From NCBI GenBank assembly GCA_008632985.1, contig QPGO01000008.1, positions 786,979 to 850,978 on the forward strand: 64,000 nt of DNA. The letters are read 5' to 3'. Positions 38,919 to 51,400 of this stretch are shown here, one piece after another. The stretch comes from Psammoneis japonica (Eukaryota). Position numbers and translations under genes: made by a program. The notes under the pieces were generated by a model. It had not been told where the DNA came from. It did no database searches and saw nothing but the letters and a program-made list of their open reading frames with translations. The stretch's first letter is position 1, and each line of letters opens with the position of its first letter.

Positions 38919-40112
38919 TCAAAACTTCACTTGAGAAAAGCATTCCAGACTCAGCCACAACCCAACTGCATGCCATTCATGAGCTGCTGATTCAATCTCA
39001 GCAAACAAGAACTTGTCAAGAATTGCTTTTGGTTTCTTGGGTTCACTGCTGTCTCTCAAAAAAGATTGCAGTTTGCTCTTGTCAAAAGCAGTGCACAGCA
39101 TTTTTGTAATGTCATGCACAAGTCATGGCAAATCTTGCTCTGTGCCACAGCACTGCAAAGGACTGCCATGCTGGGTTCCAGTCCATGTGTTTGATGCCAC
39201 CAGTGTGCAGGAATCACAAGCAAATCTCCCATTTGTTGTGCGACTGTCCAGAGCTCTCTCAAATCAGGAGCGTTGACTTTCAACTTTGATGTGTTGGCAG
39301 CAATGGATTTCCAAAGCCTTCTGCTTTGCCAACAGATCCATTTTGTCCAAGGATTGAGCATCTGGAGTGCTTTTGTCTAGTTTGGTGCATGAGTCAAAGT
39401 CACTTCACCAGCCGGTGCTCAATGGCACATCAAATTCATCCCAGGCAACAGAGGTGAGGAAAACAAGTTGAGCATTTCATTGACTGCAGTTGCGTTGGTG
39501 GGACAGTGAGACACACTGCCAAACTTTGCCACCATCCAAACAAAAATGCTTTGCACCAGTCCATTTGAGAGGATCACAATGCAAGCTGGAAGCAGCGCCC
39601 TCTCCTGCAGTGATGACACATGATGACAGTTTCACCTGTGGTGAAAAATGATCAAGACAATCCTTGTCTGTGAACAATGCTTCCTGCACCCCAGCCAATT
39701 GTTTTGGCATGGAACTGAGTGATTTGTCCTTGTTGAGCAAACCTTCTTCAAATGTCAAACAAGAGTCCTCATGATTGGAGTCCACAACAGCAATGACCCC
39801 TTGAATCAAATTGAAATGGTTTGTGTCTGTTTCCCCTTGTTCTTTTTGTTGGACATCCATGCTTGAAGCACTGCCGACAGACCAAGGCATTGCACATTTC
39901 CTCACATTTTGATGAACTGATTGCAGCTTTTGTGAGCACTGGTGTTTCAAGAAATTCGTCTTTTGGAGAATGGTGACAATGGCCAGTTGCATCAAAGTTC
40001 TCTGCATCAATTTGCTCTCCTTTTCTTGTTGTTGATTGCCTGTAAATGAGTCAGAGCAACCGTGTTGCTCAGAAGACAGAAGATGCTGCAACAACAAGCA
40101 TGGCAACAGCAA
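38919..40112 (-). pseudogene. JmjC-domain oxygenase pseudogene
   Basis: AGEGAASSLHCDP (HxD), GGKVW, QQMGDLLVIPAHWWHQT (family Q.PG....P..WWH); frameshifted. Confidence 0.75.
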
Positions 40113-40569
40113 CTGGCATCTCCAACAAAACTGTTCTTTTCTTCACATTTTAAAGCACAGAAATTGGGAAAAGCAGAGAAGAAGAGGCAGGATTGCGTCA
40201 ACGCGGATCAGACATTCGTTTTTGTGGATTGACAGTTTTCTCACCAGAAATTGTGCACTCGCATCAAACCCCGACAAACTGAATCTTTGTGGTGGTCCCA
40301 CTGCTTTCACTCATGACCCAGTTTTTGGTTTTTGTAAAATTTCTGCAGGCTCTGGTGTTCCTGCAACCTTGTGCAGGTCTCAGCATGTTGCACAAAAAGC
40401 CTTGCTTGGTTCATTTTTCTCATGTTTTTTAATTTTGTTTGGCACTGTGATGATGGGAAAAAAGAAATGAACAGCAGCCAAGAAAGCAGCACATTCCAAA
40501 GCTAGAGCACCAAAAGCCAAATCAAGTGAAGTGAGGAATGAGGCTAAAAAGAACATGCCACTCCCAGTG

Positions 40570-41560
40570 ACAGGCTTGAAAGAATTCTGTGTGTGTCATT
40601 GTTGTTTTGACAACAGCGGCAACCATTTGGTTTGACACAAAAAGCACATGTCAAGGAAGAGAACAATTCATGGAGCAGATGGTTACAAGAACAAACACAG
40701 CTCCATTCAAGGAACCCTTGGAGTTGCATCTGGGACTCTCACTCAATTTGGTCATGGTCCATTCAAAAAGAATTCTGACACCAAGAAGCTGATGAAAGAC
40801 TTAGAAGGAAAGTTGGTTCCAGCCCAGGCAAGGGCATCATTGAGTTTGAGAAAGACCTGTCAAGGTTTTATGATGCTTGCTTTGGGACCAAGATTTTCAG
40901 GAACTGCAACACTCGTGTGCAGGCACAGGCTTGCTTTTCATTGGCAACAGGTTTGATTGCATGCTCATCAGATGTCACTCAATTCTGTCCTCATTTTGAC
41001 AACTTGGAGCTGCCTGCAGAGTCAAGTGACCATCTCAAGGATGGGCTCCCATGGCCTGTCATTGTGGGATTCACAGATTGGAAATCTCAACCTCAGTGGC
41101 CCAAGCTTCTGCATCCAGTGTGCAAGGTGTGACTCTGTGCCAACACCAAGGATTTGCAGTTTTGCCCCATCCATTGGTTGATGAAGCATTGGGAGCTTTG
41201 TGGCCACAAGTTGATGGGCCCAACAGCAAGCAAGGTTGGGTCTTCAACATTTGTGAGACAGTTGAAGAAGTTGTTTGAGGCTGCTGGTCTTGGTGTGTGC
41301 TCCAGTCACTCCATCAGAAGATCTGCAGCACAGTGGGCTCATTGCTGTGATCCCAACATTGTCACAATTTGAAATGTTGGCAGGTGGTGTGGCTTGGAAA
41401 ATCCATTTCTGTGCAGGTCCAAAGGTGAGAGGATTGGGCAAGAGAAGCGACTTCCTGATGACAATCGCGACCCAATTTGAGACACATGGGTGTTCAACAC
41501 CAACACCGCCATCCACACCATGGACAAAGGTGCCTCTAAACAATGCTTCAGTGCCAGCTG
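40570..41560 (+). pseudogene. Tyrosine recombinase relic (Crypton-like or other YR element)
   Basis: LIACSSD (box I Arg->Cys), DWKS, FCPIHWL, LFEAAGL...SSHSIRRSAAQWA (HxxR box II), then NVGRW; no RT nearby. Confidence 0.7.
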
Positions 41561-42138
41561 AAAATGAACAAAATCAAAAATGCTCTGTTGCCAAGCATGG
41601 CTCTGTTGCCAAGTGCAAACTGGTGTGCATGCTGCTCCATCCCCAAGTGCTCCCATCAACACCACATTCTTGCAGTTGACACAAAAAGAGCACTGTGCAT
41701 TGCAAATCTTTGATTGCATTGCACCATGAAGTGCTGGGCTTGTGGGTGGTGCCAAGTTTCCTCAGATTCACAAGGCTCTGTTTTGGAGTTGTTGGGTCAT
41801 TGTCTTTTAGCAACTTGCAAACTGCACAGTGTGCCATGCACCACAAATCAAATTTTGAATTTTGGCTCCCTTCCTGTTCTGCTTTTTTCCTGCTTTTGTC
41901 ATCCCACAGCCTGCAAGGAGAGCATGCATGATTGTCTTCTTTGTCCACAAACTTGTCTTCAAATGCAGTTTTTTCAGCATGTCCAAGACAACAAGGACAT
42001 TCACATCCATTGGTTCTCAACATGCTGCTTCATTTTTGGGGCAAGGCATGTGCTGATTGGAGGTGAAGTCATTGACCTTGTGCTCCACAAAGCCACATTG
42101 CAAAAGATGTCTTTTCTCACACACAAAAAGGATTTCTT

Positions 42139-45100
42139 GCACTTGCAGGAACAACTCTTGGACCACAAGTGGAAATCAGAAAAGTGTTCTGTGAGAATCC
42201 ATTGATCTTTTTGTGCACACTTGTGCTTGGATGTTGCCTTTTCCGCCACAAAAGCACATGACAGCAAAGCATCAAATTTTGTTTGGGGCCATGTGCAAAA
42301 GAAACATTGAGCTGCATTTGGGGCTGTGCACAATCAAATCTTCCTCCTGTCACACATGTGTTCATGTCATGTGCAATGATGAGCTTTTTTGGCGACACAT
42401 AAATTTCTGCACAAATTGTGAATGAGATGGCAAGACCTCCCACATGAAAACACTTTTTCAGACTTTTTTGGTTTTTGGCAATTCCTGCAAGTGCAAGAAA
42501 TCCATCAAACAGTGCAAAAAAGTGTTTTCACAAGGGAGGCATTGCTGCCTCATTCCTCATTTGTTGAGACATTTGTGTGTTGCCAAAAAAGCTCTTTGTT
42601 GCATGTGATGTGAGCCCACCTGCAGGAAGATTTGATTGCACATGACCCCAAATGCAGCTCAATGTTTTGCATGTGACCCCAAGTGCAATTTGATGTTTTG
42701 CCATCATGTGCTTTTTGGCAGGAAAAGTCACACACAAAATCAAAAGATGAGCGACAGCATCAGCGGATTCTTGTGAAAACACCTTTCTGTTTTCTGACTT
42801 CTGCTGCTTGTGGTCCAAGAGTGAACCTTGCAAGTGCAAGAATGCCAAGTTTGGGAAGTTTGCTGAGTTTGGTGGGTTTTGGGAGTTTGCCAAGTTTGAA
42901 AAATTTGGCAGATTTAATGAGCTTTCTAAGTTTGGTGAGTTTGGCAAGTTTTCCAAGTTTGGCAACTTTGGCAAATTTGGCAAGTTTGCCAAGTTTGGTG
43001 AGTTTGGCAAGTTTGGTGAGTTTGGCAATTTTGGCAATTTTGGTGAGTTTGGTGATTTTGCCAAGTTTGGCAAGATCACCGAGTTTGGCAATTTTGCAAA
43101 GTTTGACAAATTTGGCAAGCTTGGCTGGTTTGGCAGGTTTGGTGGGTTTTGCAAGTTTGGTGAGTTTGCTGAGTTTGGCAAGTTTGGCAAGTTTGGTGGG
43201 TTTGGCAAGTTTGACAAGTTTGCTGAGTTTGCTGAGCTTGGCAAGTTTGGCAAGTTTTTCAAGTTTGCCAAGTTTGCCAAGTTTGACAAATTTGACAAGT
43301 TTGCTGAGTTTGGTGAGTTTGGTGGGCTTGGCAAGTTTGGCAAGTTTGGCAGGTTTGGCAAGTTTGGCAAGTTTGCTGAGTTTGGCAGGTTTGGCAAGTT
43401 TGGCAAGTTTGGCATGTTTGGCAAGTTTGGCAAGTTTGGCATGTTTGGCAAGTTTGGCAAGTTTGGCATGTTTGGCAAGTTTGGCAAGTTTGGCAAGTTT
43501 GGCGAGTTTGGCAAGTTTGACATGTTTGGCAAGTTTGGTGAGCTTGGCAAGTTTGGCAAGTTTGGTGTGTTTGGCAAGTTTGGTGGGTTTGGCAAGTTTG
43601 GTGAGTTTAGCAAGTTTGGCAAGTTTGGTGGGTTTGGTGAGTTTGGCAAGTTTGGCAAGTTTGGCGAGTTTGGCGAGTTTGGCAAATTTGGCAAGTTTGG
43701 CAGGTTTGGCAAGTTTGGTGAGTTTGGCAAGTTTGGCAGTTTTGGCGAGTTTGGCAAGTTTGGCAGGTTTGACAAGTTTGGTGAGTTTGGCAAGTTTGGC
43801 CAGTTTGGTGAGTTTGATGAGTTTGGCAAGTTTGGCAAGCTTGGCGGGGTTGGCAGATTTGGCAAATTTGGCAAGTTTGGTGAGTTTGGCAAGTTTGGCA
43901 AGTTTGGTGGGTTTGGCAAGTTTGCCAATTTGGTGGGTTTGGCCAATTTGGTGGGTTTGGCAAGTTTGGCAGGTTTGGTGAGTTTGGCGAGTTTGGTGAG
44001 TTTGATGAGTTTGATGAGTTTTTCAAGTTTGGTGAGTTTGGCAAGTTTGGTGAGTTTGGCAAGTTTGGTGGGTTTTTCAAGTTTGGCGGGTTTGGTGAGT
44101 TTGGCAAGTTTGGCGAGTTTGGTGAGTTTGATGAGTTTGGCAAGTTTGGCAAGCTTGGCGGGTTTGGCAGATTTGGCAAGTTTGGCAAGTTTGGTGGGTT
44201 TGGCAAGTTTGGCAAGTTTGGCAGGTTTGACAAGTTTGGCAAGTTTGGCCAATTTGGTGGGTTTGGCAAGTTTGGCGGGTTTGGTGAGTTTGATGAGTTT
44301 TTCAAGTTTGGTGAGTTTGGCGAGTTTGGCAAGTTTGGTGGGTTTTTCAAGTTTGGTGGGTTTGGTGAGTTTGGCAAGTTTGGCGAGTTTGGTGGGTTTG
44401 GCGAGTTTGACAAGCTTGGCAAGTTTGGCAAGTTTGCTGAGTTTGGCAAGCTTGGCAGACTTGCAAAAAGGCTGGGCATCACACATGGAGCAGGTGTCAT
44501 GGGAGGCTTTGGGGCATGCTTGCACTGATGGCTTCAAGCCAAGTGTGCAAAGTTGTGTGGATGTGGCACAGCCATTGCCACAAAACAGAAGTCAAGGGAG
44601 CAGCAAGAATTTCATGGCATGCTTGAGAGCTGCTGCAGCAGATGTTGCTTGTTGACAAAGGGCATGGCCGGCAAGCTTCTTGGAAAAACCAAGAGCAGAT
44701 GTTGTGAGGAAGAAGCGGTGCTCCACTGCAAAGCAGCATTTGTGGCAAGCAGGACACTGGTCAAGGCAACAATGAGTTGATGCGTGGTTTGTTGTCACTT
44801 TGTGGGCCAGCTGATTGTTGAGTCTTTGGGGCAAATGCATGCTTGCCTCAACAGAAACAACAGGAAGTTGACTGTTTTCAACACACACCCAGAGGCTCTG
44901 ACTCAACAAGACAGTGGTGCTGACCTGCAACTGCATGAAACAATGCTCTTTTGTGCCAAGGTTGCAGAGAAATTTGACAAGCCATTTCAGTTTGAACCAG
45001 CGCAGCACACCCTGGTGCAGAGCTGGGGCAAGAACACAGTTGTCAAGAAGGGGGGGCATCTTTGAAGTGGTGTTGTTGCCAGCAGGAAGCAAAAAACACA

Positions 45101-46410
45101 GCACAAATTGCAACAAAGCCAGCAGAAGATCTCTGGGAATTTGGTCTGCACAAAATGGGCTCTGTGACAAGCAAGTTGTTGCAAGAAGCACTGGGCACAT
45201 TTTGCAGTCACACAGATTGGCACTCAGGCAAAACAAAAGACAGTGCTGCAGCACACACAGAAGAAACCCAGGGTTTGTCATTGGGTGAAATTGATGGTGG
45301 CAACAGCACAGATGTGGGTTGGCTGTTAGAGCATTGCAAAGAAAACAATGCCCAAGCCAACACAGCAGGGTGTCACACATTTGACAGCACAATGTTGTTT
45401 GCCCCCAGTGTGTTTGTTGTCAAAGAGAAAACACATGAGGGAGTTTTGTGGGGCACAAACTTGTGCACAGAGAAAGTGCAACATTGTGGGAACAAAACAG
45501 AGCCAATGGAGCAATGGGATGCTGTCAAGAAGGTGTGCACAAACAGCACACAGCACAGATTTGGTGGGCTGTCAGATGCCAAGTTGCTTGCCTTGGTTTT
45601 GCAGGTGGCAGAGAACAGACACAGAGTGCTTGGAGACAGAGCAAGAAAGGGATGCAAAGACCAAGCCATTGAGTTGGAAACCATCAAACAGCTTGACTTG
45701 GCAAGGCAACAAGAGCAGCAACAGGCAACCAAGTCTCCATCTGAGTCAACAGGGGAACAACAAGTGACTGCCAAATGCAAAACAAAAGCTGGAAGTCAGA
45801 AAAGTGTTTTGCAAGAATCCATTGGTCTTTTCATCCATGTCTGCATTTGCATGTTGCCTTTTCTGCTGAAAAAGCACATGACAGCAAAGCACTGGATTTT
45901 GTTTGGGTTTGTGCAAAAAACATTCAATTGCATTGAGGGTCACACACAATCAAATCTCTCCACCACATGTGTTCATGCCACACATGACAATGAGCTTTTT
46001 TGGCATTGCACAAATTGTGAATGAGACATCAGTGTGCCCTGGATTCCTTGCACTTGCGGCAACCACTCTTGGGCCACAAGTGGAAGTCAGCAAAGTGTTT
46101 CATGAGAATCCACCAATCTTTTTGTGCGTGTTTGCATTTGTGTGTTGCCTTTTCTGCCACAAAAGCACATGACAGCAAAGTGCCAAATTTTGTTTGGGGC
46201 CACATGCAAAACATTGAGCTGCATTTGGGGCCATGCACAATCAAATCTTCCTGTTGCACGTGTGTTCATGTCATGTGCAACAATGAGCTTTTTCAGTGAT
46301 GTGTAAATTTTGGCATGAATTGTGAATGAGACAGCAATGCCTCTCATGTGAAAACACTTCTTTGGGCCATTTTTGGTTCTCAGTGATTCCCACAAGTGCA
46401 AGAAATCCAC
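42139..46410. repeat. Four copies of a ~250-350 bp non-coding repeat: + ~42139-42500, - ~42530-42840, + ~45790-46030, + ~46050-46410
   Basis: Shared core AAAAGCACATGA(C/T)(A/G)GCAAA...ACATTGAGCTGCATTTGGG...CAATCAAATCTTCCT...GAGCTTTTTTGGC read in all copies; the second copy is inverted. Confidence 0.8.
42841..44465. repeat. 9-bp minisatellite, about 180 units, consensus GGCAAGTTT / GGTGAGTTT
   Basis: Directly visible period-9 array with one phase slip near 43925. Confidence 0.95.
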
Positions 46411-48461
46411 ACAGAAAACATTGGCATGGCAGGATCAGTCAGATCTTCAAAAAAAGAGTGGTCACCCACTCCAAAAAGAGGCACTGTCTTGTGTGTTGCA
46501 CTTTGTTCCTTGGGCTGTGCTGGTGTTGCTCCAATGCATGTCACGCCAACTGGCTTGACAGCAGCAAAATTGCAGGCAGCCTGGTGTTCCTGAGCATGTT
46601 GTGCAAAAGTGCTGGGGTTGAATTTTTTGCCACCAACAATGTGCCATGATTGGCTCTGCTCAAACTGCTCCATCATGTTGTGTGCAGATGCAAGAAGGGT
46701 GCAGCACTGCTTTGGAGAATGGACAAGCCACCCTTCAACATCATCTGCACCCTCTGCACCATGCTTCTTTATGTTGTGGTTTGTTGTTGTTGTTGTTGTT
46801 TTGTTCTCCCAAAATCTCTTTTCTTTTGCAATTCCTCACTGCATGATGGGCTCCCATGAGGGTGGGGTTTGCCACCTTCCTCTTGCTGACATCTGGCCCG
46901 GCATGTTGAGAAACTCCTTGCCATTGCGCTCTGAGCAGCTTGTGGCCTTGACCTTGTGTTTTGCCATTGGATGGCATGCTTTGTGCAGTTGATTGCACAG
47001 ACAGCCACACAGAGCTCCGGTGCTTGCAAGCTGTTGGTTGAGCCTCCCAAATCAATTGATTGAGGCCTGAACCTGCACTTTTCCTGTGACAGGGCCCCCT
47101 CCTGTGTGCTCTGCTGTGTGGTTGTCAGCAGTCAACAGTTGACAGTCTCCGATGAGTGGTGCAATGACAGGCAAGTTGCAATGGTTGTTGGTGCCCCACA
47201 CATGCCTTGCTGATGGCAAAACTGGTTGGATGGACAGATGGGTGGATGGAATGATGCTGTGTGGAGTGGCATTGTGTTTCATGTCAGCTCACAAGATTTT
47301 TGAATTTGGGGCTGTTGCAAATGTGGCAAAGGCACACAAAAACACACTCAATCATTGTGCCAACATGCGATGCCACAGCATTTCCCCATCTGCAGGCCAC
47401 AGACCAGAGACGAACATGGTCAGTTGTCAGGTGTGCTGTCATTCTTCAACTGGAGCAACCTTCTTGTGAGCACAGTGGTTGCCATCATTTTTCTGCTCAT
47501 GTGGTTGACACTCATTTGCATTTTTGATCCTTTTGCTCAGCAGGTGACAACTGTTGCAATGGTGCAGGCCACACCAAGGCTTGTTGCAGCAAACACACTG
47601 CATGTCATTCAGCGTGGGTGTGCTTGCTCTTGTTGTTGCTGCTGGCTCCCTTGGCAGACTCAGGCACTCCTTGTGGACTGCAGCACAGTGCTTCTTGAGC
47701 CACTGAAGACAGCTTTCTGTCTTGTGGCTCCAGGTTTGAATGGAGAGCGACACCAGACGACCAACCCAGAACAGCAAAATCTCATGATGTGGATGATGTT
47801 GTCACCTGTGTCAGAGCAAGATTTCTTGAACAAAGCAAGTTCCATGCAAATTGTTCAGGTGTTGCCAGCAAAGTGACGACTCGCACAAAAATCTGCCAAG
47901 CACTTTGAAGCAAGGCCACCACCCCAGACAAAAAGCACAAGGTTGTGTCCCACCACTGGCACAAGAAGGATGTCAACCTCATCAACTGCTGCTTTGTTGA
48001 CAAACAATGAAGGAACTGTGGCAATGATGATGGTTTGGGAGGACTTTTTGAGGTGGACACAATGAGATGACTTCTTCCAAGCAAAGCCCTCCTCTCAACA
48101 GAAAATGCAAGGTCTCATCCCACCAGCACAAGGACATCAACAAGGGTGTTGTTCTTGTTTCTGGGGTTGTTGACAAAGATTGTCTCAGCATTTTGGGTGA
48201 AGGTGAGACTGAGGAGGACATTGTCGAAGATGCCAAAAGCATTGCTGTGGTGCAAAGACTGGGAAAGCATGCAAGAATTCAATGTCACACACACAAACAC
48301 ATGCTCCATTGGTGCAGACAACTTGGGGTGTAATCTGTGTTTTAGATTGCATGCAGTCTCCAATGATTGCCTGACAGTGCTCCTGTGATGAGAACTTTGT
48401 GCAAACCATTGAAGCAATTGACACACAGCTTCCATGTTGGTTGCATCTGTTGGCTCATTCC

Positions 48462-51400
48462 AGCAACAAGAGTTCCAGCTTCTGATCTGTGATGCAGGTT
48501 GGTGACACACGCAATTTTGCTGTCAGTGTTTGTGAGAGTTTTGGTCTCTGTCCTTGCTTGTGGACCATTGGGTTTATGTGCTGACATCTTTTGGTCCATT
48601 GTTTTGGCCCACTTTTTTTTTGTCATTGTCCAATCTGTGGTCTTCTTGCGGGTTGGCACTGAAACAGTGTCTTTTCTCTCTTCTGACATTTTTGGTTGCT
48701 TTTGGGGCTCCCTTCTCCTTCTCTTACTTCTTGCGGATTTCCACATTCATGAGGACCAGGATCACTTTGACAGCTCACACACTGTTGAGGCTTGCATGCT
48801 GTTTGCATGATTGCTGTCACCCCAGCTCATGCTGTCATCCAGCTCATTTCTGTGGTTGTGAGCAGGGACGATGATGCCAATCTGTTTGGGGATGATGCAC
48901 AGGATGATTTTGAGCAATGAGTCCAAGCAACAATCTCAAGGACATTTCTTTGCATCTTGAGGAGGATCAAGCCACATGCCACACTGCTGTGGCAGTTGTT
49001 CCTCAAGAAATTGGTGGCATCATCAACAACATTGCTTGGACCAGTGGTCCACGAGTTGTTGATCCACATGCCATGGCATGCGGCCTGCATTGCCAATGTC
49101 CGACGTCATTCCATCATTTGACAACAATTGCACCCCATTGTCAGAAAGGTTTGGAGTCAAGAAGATTGACACCAAGGATTGCAAGGTGACTCTCATCAGT
49201 TGGACCAACTCTGTTGGCAAACTCTTTCTCATGAGCAGCATGGATTTGGCGTCTGTGTCCAGAGGAGAGATCCAAGGATGGGGGCACCTCAAGAGTTGAA
49301 TCTTGCAATGGATTGCAGTTTGTTGGACCTGCAAGAGGTTGAGGATCATGTTTGAGACTTGCTCACTGTGGGTGACCAATGTGATCATCAGAACTCATGG
49401 TGGTCTGCAGAGTTCTTTCTCAACTCGATTGGTGTTGCTCCATGTGGTGATGTCCAAAAGTGTGCCAATGGACCTGCGCATGGGCCCATCATTTACAAGC
49501 TTGTTGCTGCCAGTTGCATTCATCCACTGCGTTGGCTCTCTGTGTGGTGGTGGACAAACTCAAGGCTGTGAAACTCAGGGAAGAACTGGGTGAGAACATC
49601 AAAAACTGCACTGCAAAGTTGGTTGAATTGTGCAGACATCTGGAAGGTCATCACAAACTTCCTGAAGATGCTGCTTCAATCCTTTACAGTGGTCTTGCAA
49701 CATTGACTGTCAAGTCATTCTGGATTCAATTCATGACTCTCTTCAATGAAGTCAACATGGATCCAATGAAGCACACATGTGGTGATCTTGTTGTTCATGC
49801 CAACAAGTCATGTGCCAGTTTGGTGGATGCAAAGAATGGACGCCTTTTGATGCAGGCAAGTCCAGTTCTGCTGCATTTCTAAACTGTGTGGATGACTGTG
49901 TTTGCCACAAATGTGGTCAGCAAGGCCACATCCATCCACACTTCCCTCAGAACAGCAATGACAAGTCAAGGAGGTGGTGGTGGATGTGGAGATCAAGGTT
50001 GTGGTGGTGGTTCTGGAGATCAAGGCAGACAAGGATGTGGTTGAGGAGATTGTGCAATCCTTGGCAATGCCAGATCACTTGCAATCCCAGGACCCTTGCA
50101 GGATTCCTCCGAGATGTGGAGAATCTCACACTCGAGTCTCCAACAGTGTGACCAAGCATTGGCACAGCAGATGTGGGTGTTGGACCACTCATGAAACTGC
50201 TGGTCATTTAGCTCCAGAGGGAGGCACCAATGCAAACAGTCAGAACCCTGCTGCTGCTGCTCAAGATCAATCCAAGGGTCACACCTCAAATGCCAACAGG
50301 AGCAACATCACTTGGGACCCTTCTGTGCAAGGTTCTGGCACTGCTCGAGCTTCCCAAGAATGCACTTTGACCCAGAACACATCAAATCAAATCTTTGTGG
50401 GTTGTGCTTTGGTGCGCAACTTGTTGGGCCAGTGGATTGTTGGTTTGCCATTCACAAAGGGCTCTGTTCTCCTTAAAACCGATTGTCAGAGGGAGACCAA
50501 CATTAAAGAAGACTCAATTGAGTGATGTTGGAAGCATCACAGAAGCCATGCACATTTTGTTGGCACACATGACATCCATGTGGTCTTCAGTGATGCTCTG
50601 TTGTGTGATTTACAGGTGTCATCCACATGCATTCCTGCAGACACCAGGATTTGTTCAACAAGATGTGGAGATGCCCAAGAAGAAGAAACCACCCAATTCT
50701 GCTGAAGTCTCACCATTTTGTGAACATTGATTTGCAGGAACAAGTTGGTCATCTTCCGGTGTCCTTCTTGTCCCCTCACAACAAGCAATTTGAGATTTCA
50801 CTCAATTCTGGGGTGAGCGCAACTTCTGCTTTTGACAAGGAGGACTTTGCACCTGGAACTTTTGAGTTGTTTAACAACACAGAACCACTTCCGTCATCCT
50901 TGGGTGTTGGAGGTCATGTTCATGGGAGGTGTGGGAGTTGTTGAGTGGATGGTGTTTGATGATGTGCCAGATGTGAGCAACACATCCGTGCCAAGTGCTT
51001 TTACATTCCAACCTCTCCTGTGAAGTTGTGAGTGTCACTCATCATGTGGGCATGACAAGAAGAATGGCAGGGGTTTGGGCTGCAGGCTTGATGTTGACAC
51101 CTCAAAAGACCACGCATTCTTTCATTGGTGTGACAGTGGCACTGTTGCTGTGCCTTGTCATGAAACTAACAGGCTCCCCATTGCATCTGGAAGGAATCCT
51201 TTTTGGCAGTGGATCAGAAGAAACACATCTGCACATGTGTGACAGACAAATTTAGCCAAAATTTGCATCAGAGACAAAAGAGGCTGTTGCAGCAGCACAT
51301 TTGCCTTGGTCATCTTGGCTTTGATGATGTCAAGTGGTCAGCTGGGAAAGGGCACCTTGGACATGCTGCAAGAGCCATCAGCTCTGCCGCTGTCAACAAT

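Noticed and set aside
42841..44465. CRISPR array or telomeric repeat
   Set aside because: No unique spacers; the period is 9 and the unit does not match TTAGGG-type repeats even after restoring TA
42528..44655. Long ORFs of 669, 615, 432 and 297 aa (LPN, KFG, LAS repeats)
   Set aside because: Translations of the stop-free 9-bp satellite, open on both strands; no evidence of a real protein
46420..48460. Gene calls in this segment, and likewise in 29.7-31.5 kb, 33.1-34.2 kb and 56.4-59.6 kb
   Set aside because: Looks like decayed coding sequence, but no motif I can identify; left unannotated
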